From a virus: 64,000 nt of DNA. Below are positions 38,573 through 49,000 of this stretch, piece after piece. A program made the position numbers and the translations under genes. Under the pieces are notes generated by a model. The model saw only the letters and a program-made list of their open reading frames with translations, was not told the origin of the DNA and searched no databases. The stretch's first letter is position 1; every line of letters begins with the position of its first letter. Location: positions 5,724-69,723 of IMG/VR virus record IMGVR_UViG_3300017783_000010. One strand, given 5' to 3'.

Positions 38573-38844
38573 TGGCACGTACAATAACTATTAGAGGGTT
38601 TAAAGGTAAACTCACAAAGGCTACTGCAAAAGGTAAGAAGTGGAAATTTACTTACACCTATAAAGGTAAGAAGCGTTCAGTAAGTGCAGGAGCTAAGGGG
38701 TATAGTATATCGCCCGGCACTAAGCGTGGTGACAGCTACTGTGCTCGCAGTGCGGGGATCAAGCGTAAAAAGGGTGGCGGAGTAAGTCCTAATGATGTCG
38801 CTAGATATATGTGGAAGTGCAGACGTAAACGATCAGTAAGATGA
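38572..38844 (+). CDS. Small very basic phage protein
   Basis: K/R-rich, GDSYCARSAG...ARYMWKC motif seen in small phage proteins. Confidence 0.6.
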   Translation: MARTITIRGFKGKLTKATAKGKKWKFTYTYKGKKRSVSAGAKGYSISPGTKRGDSYCARSAGIKRKKGGGVSPNDVARYMWKCRRKRSVR

Positions 38845-39083
38845 TGAAGGAATATGATGAATTAGAAAGAGAGGCTCTTGAGTTTATTCAAAATTTAGCT
38901 GATGTAGGCATCGAATCTTTTAATGCTGATGCCTTCAAGCTATTTTGTGAGGATTTCTTTGAGAATAGAGAGAAAGGCTTAGGTGTTAAGTCTGGAGCGT
39001 TACACCCTAAAAAACGAGATACCAAGTTAGTAGTTAATGATATATTAGCTAAAAAAATTAGAATTGATGAAGGAACTGTTTGA
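38841..39083 (+). CDS. Hypothetical protein
   Basis: 80-aa ORF in operon. Confidence 0.5.
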   Translation: MMKEYDELEREALEFIQNLADVGIESFNADAFKLFCEDFFENREKGLGVKSGALHPKKRDTKLVVNDILAKKIRIDEGTV

Positions 39084-39513
39084 TTGTGTATTGAAGGAAT
39101 ATGCTTTGCATGAATCTCGTCCAGAGGTAGATAAGATTATTGATAGGTTTAATAATAAGTTTGATACAAACTTAAATCCAGATGGTGATAAGACGGCATG
39201 GTGTTCTATCTATCTAAATATGAAAGCTTTTGATTTAGGGTATGAGCATTCTGGTTCCGCTTTAGCTCGCTCATGGATTCGAGTGGGGGATGTAGTAACA
39301 GAGAATTGGCGAGATTTGTCTGAGACGGATATGGGTGATGTAGTTATATTATGGCGCAAGCAAAAGAGGGGAACTTTCGGCCATGTTGGTTTGTTAGTTA
39401 CATATACTGATAAATATGTATATTTATTGGGTGCTAATCAGAATAATGAGGTAAACATTTCAAGGTATGCTAGAAATAGAATATTGAGTGTAAACCACTT
39501 AAATAAGGGATAA
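39064..39513 (+). CDS. TIGR02594-like NlpC/P60-CHAP peptidoglycan peptidase (candidate endolysin)
   Basis: TAWCS, SALARSW, GDVVILWR, GHVG, LLGANQNNEV. Confidence 0.8.
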   Translation: MMKELFDCVLKEYALHESRPEVDKIIDRFNNKFDTNLNPDGDKTAWCSIYLNMKAFDLGYEHSGSALARSWIRVGDVVTENWRDLSETDMGDVVILWRKQKRGTFGHVGLLVTYTDKYVYLLGANQNNEVNISRYARNRILSVNHLNKG

Positions 39514-39827
39514 TGGAAGAGAGAGATATTGATTTAGATATTTTGGAAAGGCATATTCGCCTTATCAGAGAAACTTTCCCAAATGCTATTCATATAGCTA
39601 AAAATGGTTCTTGCATTCGCTTTGCAATGGTCTTAAAGAACTTATTTTCTAAAGGTAAGATATTATACAACCAGAATCATGCTATATTTGAGTTACATGG
39701 CAGATATTTCGATATTACAGGGGAGGTAAGTATTTTTCACAATAAAGATACGTACCTTGAACTTACTACAGAAAATTTTGGTATTGAGATGATTGATCAA
39801 TTATTAAACTTAAGATATGATAAGTAA
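39513..39827 (+). CDS. Hypothetical protein
   Basis: NGSCIRFA...HAIFELHGRYFDITG. Confidence 0.55.
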   Translation: MEERDIDLDILERHIRLIRETFPNAIHIAKNGSCIRFAMVLKNLFSKGKILYNQNHAIFELHGRYFDITGEVSIFHNKDTYLELTTENFGIEMIDQLLNLRYDK

Positions 39828-40167
39828 AGACACATTAGTTAGTTTCACTACTGATTGTATAATGTTAAAAGAACTTTGTAATGATAATAATCTGTTACAG
39901 ACTAGTGAGACAATTCTTGATACAAATTTGGGTAAAAGATTCTACAAAGAAATCTTAACTCAAAATGCTAAGTCTGCAGTTTTAGCCGACTACAAAGGTT
40001 TGAACTGGTATGAGTTACTTTCTGATATTATTGAGTTTGTTAAATTTGTAATTTCTAAGTTCTTTAATGATAAGTCGGGGGAATATAAAAAACCATCATG
40101 GAGTAGTTGGTTATCTATAGGTGTAAAGCTAGTTCGATTTGTTATTTTGTTTATTAAAAAGTATTAA
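39817..40167 (+). CDS. Hypothetical protein
   Basis: 116 aa with amphipathic C-terminus. Confidence 0.55.
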   Translation: MISKDTLVSFTTDCIMLKELCNDNNLLQTSETILDTNLGKRFYKEILTQNAKSAVLADYKGLNWYELLSDIIEFVKFVISKFFNDKSGEYKKPSWSSWLSIGVKLVRFVILFIKKY

Positions 40168-40808
40168 TGCACTATACAAACAGATATGGCAGAAAGCAAA
40201 GCGGCTTATTTTGGACATTAAGAGAGTTATTAAAGGAGGTTATGGTAGGTAAAGCGATTATAAAGGCCTTTAAGCATATATTTGCTGATAAGAAGGCAGT
40301 ATACAAGTATCCAGATCGGATACTAGTTGAGAAGGTTAACAAATTTATAAAGGTTAACTGTAAGGAAGTAACTACAAAGTTAGGTTTTACCGAGTTCAGG
40401 CGCATTAAAGATAATTATTTCTCAATGACTACTGAGAGTGAAGAATTTATTGATAATCACCCTTTTGCCTCTGATATTATGCAAGTATATTCAGATGCAC
40501 TTGCAATAAGCCTAGATCATTTATATGATATGCTAGAGAATGAGGAGTTATCTGGTACATCCTATAAGAAGTATGAGACATTGATAGAACGCTTACAGAA
40601 GTATATAGATTCTATTGATAAACCAGATGATGTACGTAGTGCTAACAGTATGCCTACAATAAATCTAAACTTATCTGTTCCTAAAGGGCTACAGATGGTG
40701 ACATCAGAATCTCAGATGTTAGAGATAGAGAGTAAAACGCTAGAAACGCTAGAAACGCTAGAAACGCTAGATTTAGAAACGCCAAACGCTAACGATAATG
40801 AGGGTTAA
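40167..40808 (+). CDS. Hypothetical protein, possible terminase small subunit
   Basis: Helical protein with PTINLNLS-type C-terminal strand upstream of TerL; assignment by position. Confidence 0.35.
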   Translation: MHYTNRYGRKQSGLFWTLRELLKEVMVGKAIIKAFKHIFADKKAVYKYPDRILVEKVNKFIKVNCKEVTTKLGFTEFRRIKDNYFSMTTESEEFIDNHPFASDIMQVYSDALAISLDHLYDMLENEELSGTSYKKYETLIERLQKYIDSIDKPDDVRSANSMPTINLNLSVPKGLQMVTSESQMLEIESKTLETLETLETLDLETPNANDNEG

Positions 40809-41157
40809 CGCAAATGAAACGGTAAACGTATATAAAGGTAGCGTTACTAACGTTTACGATGCAGATACTATAACGTTAGACTTGCGTTTAGGATTTGGTA
40901 TCGTTTTACAGAACTTCAAGGTGCGTTTAGCTAGAATAGATGCTCCCGAAATTAGAGGAGAAGAACGAGAGAAAGGTATAATAAGTAGAGATGCTTTGAG
41001 AGGGTTATTAAGTAATCGAGATGTAGAGGTATTGTTCATAGAAAAAGGTAAATACGGTAGATATATCTGTGAGATTATGGTAGAGCACCACGATCAGTTT
41101 ATAAATGTTTCTGATTGGTTGTTAGATAAGAACTTAGCAGATGTGTATACATACTAG
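40798..41157 (+). CDS. Thermonuclease (SNase-like)
   Basis: VYDADTI, VRLARIDAPE, GKYGRYI. Confidence 0.85.
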   Translation: MRVNANETVNVYKGSVTNVYDADTITLDLRLGFGIVLQNFKVRLARIDAPEIRGEEREKGIISRDALRGLLSNRDVEVLFIEKGKYGRYICEIMVEHHDQFINVSDWLLDKNLADVYTY

Positions 41158-41545
41158 AATGGGACAAGAGGATTTAAAATGGGTTAGTGCTGAAAGGGGT
41201 ATTTATATATTTTGGATAGGTACATATTTTTACATAGGCCATTCTACAAATATTAGGAGAAGATTAAGAAGACATCTATCTATGATGAAGAACGGCAAGC
41301 ACTATAACAGACATATACAAAAGGCATGGGATTATGATAGGAATTTTGAGTTTAGTATTTTACATTCTTTTGATTTTGAAGCAAGCAAGGAATTACTTTA
41401 TCATTGGGAGCAAAAGTTCTTAGATTTATTTTCAGCACACTTAAACTGTCTAAATGTAAGTAAGATAGCAAATTCAGTGCATTATAAGATTAGGAGGCAG
41501 AAAAAGGCAAGGAAAGGTATTATTGACCAGAGAGATTTTATATGA
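41141..41545 (+). CDS. GIY-YIG endonuclease
   Basis: GIYIF...FYIGHS...RRLRRH...EQKFLD. Confidence 0.8.
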   Translation: MCIHTRMGQEDLKWVSAERGIYIFWIGTYFYIGHSTNIRRRLRRHLSMMKNGKHYNRHIQKAWDYDRNFEFSILHSFDFEASKELLYHWEQKFLDLFSAHLNCLNVSKIANSVHYKIRRQKKARKGIIDQRDFI

Positions 41546-42792
41546 GTAATAAAAAAGACATAGCGATAACTACTCAAACACTGGTAGGAGAATTTTCAAA
41601 TGTATTTTGGCAATTGACTGCAAGTAGAAATGAAGGGTTTAGGATTACAGTACTACAAGGAGGTACAAGTAGCGGTAAAACTTATGCAGCTATGCAGTAT
41701 ATATTATTGCAGTGTATTACAAAACCTAATTATTTAGTTACCGTTGTAGCAAGTAGTTACCCTATTTTAAGGGTAGGTGCGTTACAAGATGCTCAAACTA
41801 TTGTTAGTAATAGTGTACATATATCAAAGTTTATAAAACAGTTTAATAAATCTACTAATACCTACTTCTTTAACAACGGATCAAAACTAGAATTTAGATC
41901 ATTAGATAGCGGAGAACACGCAAAGGCAGGTAAGCGTTCCCTTTTATTTGTCAATGAGATTACTAGCGTACCAGAAGAGATTGTAAATGAGTTATTGATT
42001 AGAAGTAATGATGGAGCTATATTTGATTACAACCCAACAGCCCAATTTTATGTCCACACCAATTTTGTCCCCAGAGAGGACACTCAATTATTAATTTCTA
42101 CCTACCGAGATAATCAATTTGTAAGTACGGCGGTAGTAGAGGAAATTGAAAAACTTAAGACTACAAACCCCAATCGTTATCGTGTATATGGCTTAGGATT
42201 AACAGGAGCTACAGATGATGTTATATATAGTAATATAGAATGGGTATTCCCTGAAAAGTTTCCTGAACCTTCCTTACTCGATAAATATGCATTTGCTTTA
42301 GATTACGGATTCTCAAAAGACCCTACTGCAATTTTAGAATGTGGGGTATATAATAATAAACTATTTGCTAGACTACACACTTACAGTAAGAATCTAAAAT
42401 TGCAAGATATTGTAGACGAATTTAAAAGAATTGGTATAAGTAGGAGGGATGAGATAATTATGGATTACAGCCATGCTCAAGAGCAAAAAGTTATTCTTGA
42501 AAGGCAATATGGATATAATATCATAAAGGCTCGTAGAGGTAGAGGAGATATAGTATCAGGTATATCGCTCCTACAAGAACAATCTCTAGTATTATGTGAC
42601 AACCAAGACAAAAATCTATTAAAAGAAACTAGAAATTATACTTGGAAAAAAAGAGGGGGTATAGTAACAGATAAACCAGTGGATGATTATAACCACGCAT
42701 TAGACGCTTTAAGATACTATGCGTTAGAGAAGCTAGGGAAGCCTTCTTTAGGTAAATACAGGTATAATGATAACCCAATATTCACATTTTAA
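41542..42792 (+). CDS. terL: Terminase large subunit
   Basis: QGGTSSGKT Walker A, FVNE, DYNP, DYGFSKDP, NHALDALRY. Confidence 0.95.
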   Translation: MSNKKDIAITTQTLVGEFSNVFWQLTASRNEGFRITVLQGGTSSGKTYAAMQYILLQCITKPNYLVTVVASSYPILRVGALQDAQTIVSNSVHISKFIKQFNKSTNTYFFNNGSKLEFRSLDSGEHAKAGKRSLLFVNEITSVPEEIVNELLIRSNDGAIFDYNPTAQFYVHTNFVPREDTQLLISTYRDNQFVSTAVVEEIEKLKTTNPNRYRVYGLGLTGATDDVIYSNIEWVFPEKFPEPSLLDKYAFALDYGFSKDPTAILECGVYNNKLFARLHTYSKNLKLQDIVDEFKRIGISRRDEIIMDYSHAQEQKVILERQYGYNIIKARRGRGDIVSGISLLQEQSLVLCDNQDKNLLKETRNYTWKKRGGIVTDKPVDDYNHALDALRYYALEKLGKPSLGKYRYNDNPIFTF

Positions 42793-42815
42793 AAAAAAAA
42801 TATTTTATAATAATT

Positions 42816-43418
42816 ATGGCGAGCTTAACAAGTGTTATTGAAAAAAATGAGGGTATTTTTAAGTATAAGCAGTTGTATGAAATTGCTTTAGCTTTATCAA
42901 AAATAGAATCTCATTTAGAAAGAAGAAAGCAGACTGCTGCATTAGTACAAATTTTTGCCGGTCTTAGTAGGGTATTTCCAGATGAGCAAGGGCTATTAGG
43001 CAGTCTACAAGCACATAGGGATATTAATTTAAAACATATAAATAAGTATGGGCTATTACGAGAGGACAGTAAAAAAAGACCTGTAAAATTTTTACATAAA
43101 AACGCTGAAAAGTTAGAGCCTCAGCATATTAGAGATGCTAAAGGGTGTGAAACGTGCGGCACTAGGCATAAAAATAAGAAGGTGGTAGAGCCTACTAAAC
43201 CTACTAAAAAATATATTGCTAAAAAACAAGGAATTACAACTTCTTTTGAAACTTTTTCCCCTAAAAATGAAAGACAAGTTTTAGATACTTTTGGGAATAA
43301 TAGTTCGGCAATGAGGGAGTTCTGTAAATTAAATGATATTCCTGTTAGGAATACTCAAGACCTAGACAAGTTAGCTTCTTTAATATACACCTTCTATAAA
43401 AACTTAAATAAGAATTAA
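42816..43418 (+). CDS. Hypothetical protein
   Basis: 200-aa ORF with CETC. Confidence 0.6.
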   Translation: MASLTSVIEKNEGIFKYKQLYEIALALSKIESHLERRKQTAALVQIFAGLSRVFPDEQGLLGSLQAHRDINLKHINKYGLLREDSKKRPVKFLHKNAEKLEPQHIRDAKGCETCGTRHKNKKVVEPTKPTKKYIAKKQGITTSFETFSPKNERQVLDTFGNNSSAMREFCKLNDIPVRNTQDLDKLASLIYTFYKNLNKN

Positions 43419-44224
43419 TGTTATTTAGTTTAACATATAAGGACAAGGATTATGATTTTTATCTCCCCTATGATGCTGGGGAGATAAAATACTCCCAGTA
43501 TATAGATTACATTACGCTAAAGAAAAAGTACTTTTCTTTAGATGAAGATACTAATGAGTTATCTCTAAATAACGAGGAAGAATCTATACCTTACTTGATA
43601 GAGGCTATCCAAGTAATTTGTGGAAAGGGAGAATATTGGGAAGGCATACCAGTTTCAGAACCTAGTGATCTAGACATTATGGACGATGTGGAATACTTCT
43701 TCGACTATGAAAGGGAAGATTTAACGATTTATAAACTATATACTCACATAAATAATATTCTGACTAGTCCAGATATACCTGAAGTAGATAACACTTACGG
43801 TATCAAGTATAAAAACGAGGAATATTACTTAAACTATAATGAAGTAGTAGGAACCTTTTTAGGCGCAGATATGAAGTACTCGACAGGGGAAGTGTTGACA
43901 ATTTTAGAAGCACAAAGACTAGGTAATCAAGCTATTGAAAGGCATGGTGATCCAGAGGGAAGTATTGAATTTACCGTATCTCTAAATGAGATGGCAGTAC
44001 TATTAAGAAAGAAAGGAGAGGTGTTACCTTCTAGTAAGCAAGATAGAGATAAATTTATAAATACTAGGTCAGTTTTGTTTTCTGACTTACCTATGGATGT
44101 TGTATTTATCTGCAAAAGCTTTTTTTTTGCTATTTTGACAGATTATCTAAAACAAATGCATACAAATTCTTTTTTAAAGGTAAACCAAAACAAGGTAAAA
44201 GTGCTGCGGAAAACAGAAGTATAA
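43418..44224 (+). CDS. Putative tail assembly chaperone; -1 frameshift at T9 extends it to 44403
   Basis: T9 run at 44120-44128; -1 frame open for 91 codons to TGA 44401-44403. Confidence 0.5.
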   Translation: MLFSLTYKDKDYDFYLPYDAGEIKYSQYIDYITLKKKYFSLDEDTNELSLNNEEESIPYLIEAIQVICGKGEYWEGIPVSEPSDLDIMDDVEYFFDYEREDLTIYKLYTHINNILTSPDIPEVDNTYGIKYKNEEYYLNYNEVVGTFLGADMKYSTGEVLTILEAQRLGNQAIERHGDPEGSIEFTVSLNEMAVLLRKKGEVLPSSKQDRDKFINTRSVLFSDLPMDVVFICKSFFFAILTDYLKQMHTNSFLKVNQNKVKVLRKTEV

Positions 44225-44399
44225 GGGAATCTGAGGAGGAGCAAAAGCTTATATTTAAAGAGGTGGGATGGAATATGGTATATGAAAGTATAATTGATAG
44301 TAAGTGGTTTGAAAGCTCTAAAGAAACACCTTTTGAATCTGCATTTTACAGTAATTTTGAGGATGCTATTTTTAATTTAAGTAATAAAATCGCTACACA

Positions 44400-45020
44400 A
44401 TGAGTTGTTTAACGTGTGATTGTAGTTCGGAATATAGTCTAACTTCTACACAACCTGTAATATCGGCATTGAAGAATTATGTCAAAAACTTTAATTACGG
44501 GTTACTGAGAAGATTAAATACCTTCACAGTAATCAGAGATGGCAGTTTCTTTGATAATAATGATAATACTAGAAATAGAACTGCCGCAAAAGACGGTAAA
44601 TTTTGGAATAGAACTTGGCATGACAACAATAAAAACCCTCTATTTATAGAGGTAGAGCATGGGCTTCTAGCTTTAGAATTTGGAGATGTAGTCATAAATA
44701 ATTTAGAGGAGTGTGATGGTAAAATAGAAGCTTATATTATTATTGCGGATAGCCCTACTAGAGATAATGAAGTTGAGCCTGAGGTTTTGTATGGGTTCCT
44801 TCAAGAAATAGGTATTGACGTATATAGCTATTTAAAGGAGAACTTCTACAATGCTATACATGATAATACCCAGTTTAAAGTGAGAAGAGTAGACCCAGAG
44901 ATGGTTGACAACCTAGCAGCGATAATGATAAACATAGTATTTTATTACAATATTAATAGTAGGGGGTATAGTACTTTAAATTTACAGAATGCCCCAGAAA
45001 CAGGATATGAAAATGGCTAA
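44400..45020 (+). CDS. Hypothetical virion protein (possible tail terminator)
   Basis: 206 aa in the tail module; assignment by position. Confidence 0.4.
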   Translation: MSCLTCDCSSEYSLTSTQPVISALKNYVKNFNYGLLRRLNTFTVIRDGSFFDNNDNTRNRTAAKDGKFWNRTWHDNNKNPLFIEVEHGLLALEFGDVVINNLEECDGKIEAYIIIADSPTRDNEVEPEVLYGFLQEIGIDVYSYLKENFYNAIHDNTQFKVRRVDPEMVDNLAAIMINIVFYYNINSRGYSTLNLQNAPETGYENG

Positions 45021-45120
45021 AAGAAACTCAAAACCTAAAACAGGTAAAAAAGGAAAGAAATTTATTAAAACTACTACATCCGTTAAGAAACATCCAAAAA
45101 AAGGGTGCGGGTGTACCTAA
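45013..45120 (+). CDS. 35-aa lysine-rich peptide
   Basis: MAKRNSKPKTGKKGKKFIKTTTSVKKHPKKGCGCT*; start overlaps upstream stop. Confidence 0.5.
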   Translation: MAKRNSKPKTGKKGKKFIKTTTSVKKHPKKGCGCT

Positions 45121-45130
45121 ATTATTAATT

Positions 45131-45223
45131 ATGCCTTATCAAAGCACAAAAAAGAAAAAGAAAAAATGTACATCAAAAAAGAACGGTAAAAAATCTTGTA
45201 AAACAAAAACACGTAAGAGATGA
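45131..45223 (+). CDS. 30-aa lysine-rich peptide
   Basis: MPYQSTKKKKKKCTSKKNGKKSCKTKTRKR*; ATGA overlap with next gene. Confidence 0.5.
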   Translation: MPYQSTKKKKKKCTSKKNGKKSCKTKTRKR

Positions 45224-45402
45224 AAACATTAACAAAAGTAAGTGCCTTAATTATCACAGCATCCTTAATGGCTATAATGGCTAGATTTATTTTGATGGTA
45301 AGGCCAGTTGATCCTATAATCTTTTATTGTTTATCCTTTATTTGGGCATCCTTTTCGGTAGCCATTATACAGAATATTCCAAAAGCTTTAAAAAATGTCT
45401 AG
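45220..45402 (+). CDS. Small two-TM membrane protein
   Basis: 60 aa hydrophobic. Confidence 0.5.
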   Translation: MKTLTKVSALIITASLMAIMARFILMVRPVDPIIFYCLSFIWASFSVAIIQNIPKALKNV

Positions 45403-45937
45403 GATTGCTAAACGTATTTTATTAAAACGTTTAAGTAAAATCGGAGATGACCTTGTTTCTAGGATAAAAAAAGAGTTGCAGGAGCAAGGTCATGTGGCTA
45501 CAGGGTCATTAATAGAAAGTATAGATTATAAGATAAAAGTTACTAGAAGCGGTTATGTTATAAATATACTAGCTGATGACCCTAAAGCTACCTTTGTAGA
45601 TGAAGGTGTGCCAAGTCAAAAAGTTAAAATAGGTAGAGACTATATTGAGGGCTTGAGTGATTGGTTAAATATAGTTCAACCCTCTTTGAGTATAAAAGAG
45701 AGAAAAAAAGTGGCGTTTGCAATTGCGATAACATCTACAAGGGAAGGTACTCCTACTAAGAATGCTTTTAGGTACTCAAATAACGGTAGGAGAACAGGAT
45801 TTATAAGTAGGTTTAAAGATGAATTAGAAGGAAATTTAGATACTATATCGAAGGCTTTAAATATAGCCGATATAGGAGAAACTATAATTAGGGAGGCCTT
45901 TAAAAATCTTAAAAACCCCTTTAGTAAGAATTTCTGA
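45395..45937 (+). CDS. Neck / tail-completion protein (HK97 gp10-like)
   Basis: ATGSLIESI...FVDEG...AFAIA pattern. Confidence 0.6.
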   Translation: MSRIAKRILLKRLSKIGDDLVSRIKKELQEQGHVATGSLIESIDYKIKVTRSGYVINILADDPKATFVDEGVPSQKVKIGRDYIEGLSDWLNIVQPSLSIKERKKVAFAIAITSTREGTPTKNAFRYSNNGRRTGFISRFKDELEGNLDTISKALNIADIGETIIREAFKNLKNPFSKNF

Positions 45938-46013
45938 TAATATTATCAATGTTTAAATATGAGATGATCTATACAAGGTCATCTTTTATTATATTTGTGT
46001 AAATTTATATATA

Positions 46014-49000
46014 ATGGCTTCTGAGATAAAATTAAGGATAAATATCGAGACAAATCAAAGGTTTGGCGTATTAGCTAAAAACTTTGATAACTTATCTAAG
46101 TCTTTAAGGCTAATAGGTAAAACTACAGGAACTACGGCTCAGAAATTTAAAGATATTGAAGCTGCTTTGAATAGATATGTATTATCTAGCAAAAGTACTA
46201 TTAGTTCTGCAGGGGCGTTACAGGCAGCTAATACCTTACTAAATAGATCATTAGACAAACAAAAAGTAGAAGCCTTAAAAAGCAGTGATGCGTTTACGGA
46301 ACTTTCAGCGTCTTTAAGAGATAGTAAGCAGCAACTAAATGAAAATATAAAAAGTCAACAACTTCAACTAAATCTAAATCGTAAGGTAGAAGGCAGTATT
46401 GATAAATTAAAGCTAAAAGTACGCCTGCTAAAAGAGGAATACAATAGCTTAACTGAAGCCGAAAGAACAGGTATAAGAGGAAATACTATAATAAATAACA
46501 TTAGGGATATAGGCAAAACTTTAGAGATTGAAAGGAAAAAAATCTCTAAAGCCACAAAAGAGGTAAGGACTGATACAAATAATATATTAGATTCATTCAA
46601 TAGATTAGGATTAGGCTCTTTAACATTAATAGGAGGACTAGAACTACTTAGAAGAGGTATTTTAAGAGTTGGAGAAACTTTAGGAGAATTTCAACGTAAT
46701 ATATCTATTTTAGGGGCAGTAACAGGAGAATTTTCTAACGGATTACCTACCCAAAAGTTAATTGATTTAGAGAATAAGATTAAAGAGTTGGGTGCGACTA
46801 CCCAGTTTACTGCTTCTGATGTGGCAGCTTTAGCTACAGAGTTAGCAAAGTTAGGATTTAATACTGAGCAGATTGACGCAACTTTAGGTAATGTATTGAA
46901 CTTAGCACTTATTGCAGGCGAAAGCACGAGTAGGGCAGCAGAGGTATTAGGTTCTACTATTAACGCATTCGGGTTACAATTCTCTGAAGCTACAAGAGTA
47001 GTAGATTTATTAGCTAAAGCGTTTTCTAGTTCTGCATTAGATTTAACTAAATTTGATATTGCTGTAGGTACTGTAGGTGCTGTAGCAAAGCAGACAGGTA
47101 TTGAGATTGAGGAGGTTGCAGCCGTTATGGGTGTCTTATCTAATGCGGGTTTTGATGCTTCTATTGCGGCTACTGCGTTTAGAAATATATTAATTAGAAG
47201 TGCTGAGGCAGGTAAAGACTATAAAGAAGCTTTATCGGAGGTGTCAGATGCGACTAATACTACTTTAAAAGCCTTTGAGTTATTCGGTGTAAGGGGAGCA
47301 CCTCAAGCAACTGTAATTGCAGATGCCTTTGACTCTGGGGAAATTCAGAGATTAGCGGGGGAATTTAGAAAAGCTCAAGATGATGCATTTAGTACTCAAG
47401 CTGTAGGGTTCATACAGCAAGATTTTCAGTCTGCTATAAATGAGTTTAAGTCTGCCTTAGAAGGTCTTACGATTACTATAGGAGAGGTATTATCACCTGT
47501 TATGACGGACTTACTATCATTAACTACCTCGGTCTTACAAGGGTTTAGAGGATTCTTTGAGGCTATGGGTGAAGGATTAGGCGTTATAGAAAGTACATCT
47601 GAGGAGGTAGAGGAATTTAATGGAGCACTTGAAATATCAACGGTTCTAATTGGTATATTTAGTACCTCATTATTATTTGCTAGTGGTAGAGCTATATTAT
47701 CCTTTATTGGAGGCTTAGGTAGTATGTTAATAGGGCTTTTCTCCGTTACAGGCGGTTTAACAGCAGCGTCAGGAGCATTAGCTATATTTAGGACTGCCTT
47801 AATATCTACAGGTATAGGTGCATTAGTTGTTGCAGTTGGTTTCTTGATTGCTGCATTAATAGAAGCAGTTATAGCTATAAGAAATGGAAGTAAGAATGTT
47901 GATATATTTGCAAAAGCTTTAAAAAGAGTTGGGGCATTTTTAGTAGGGTTAAAACTTGGATTTGAAGCGGTATTTAGATTTATTCAAGCAGGGTTTTTAG
48001 CTCTTACTGGCCAAGTTGAAAAAGCAGGACAAGTATTAGAGAACTTCAATGACAAAGTAGAAAAAACTAGGAATAGGTTAGAGGGCTTATCTCAAGATGT
48101 AGAAGTAAAGATTACCTTTGATGATGCATTATTACTTAGTAAACTTGCAGAAAGTCAGATTAATGAGCAAATAGATGAAATACAATCTAAAATCAAAGAC
48201 TTAAAGTTAAAAGTGGTTTTAGACCCTACGGATGTTTCTAGTGCAGACCAATTAGAAAAATTGGATAAGGAGCAAGCTACCTTACGTAATGAGTTAGCTA
48301 GAAGAGATGCTGAAAGGGCGAAAATAGCTGCAAAAGAAGCTTTTGATAGGTCACTAGCAGGATTAAAAGAACAACAAAAGGATTTAAAGAAGCAGCTAGA
48401 AGAGGCTGACCCAACTACTACATTATTTGAAACAACTCTAAGAAGGTTAGGAAGAGTAGAAAGGGATATAAAGAAAATTAATGATAGGATAGCAAGAGCC
48501 AATAAGACAGCCTTAGAGAGATTTACCTTAGTGTTGAGGGATAATAAAAAAGCTTTAGATAACTTAATATTCTCAGGTAGAAACTATGATTCTGTTCTAG
48601 CTAGAGTAACTGAACAGCAAAGAAGGTATAATCAATTCCAAGCAGACTCTAAGGTTATCACATTAGAGGCAGCGTTGGCTAATTTTACAAATTCTACGGC
48701 TACTGTAAAATATTCTAAAGATTTAGAGTTAGTGAACGCTAAGTTGGCTCAATCTATTCAAGATGGAGATAAATATAATGATTTACTGATTCAACAGGCA
48801 CAACTTACGGAGGACTTAAACAGAATAAGAAATGAGGAGGGTAGAGCCTTAGAAGAACAAACTCCTGATGGAAGAGCAGATAAGGAGGCACAAATAATAA
48901 GGAAGTTAGCCGCATTGGAGAGAGAACAATTTAGAATTACTACTAGAACTATTGAATCTGAAAGGGACAGGATTGCTCGCAATAGGCAGCAAGAGATTGT

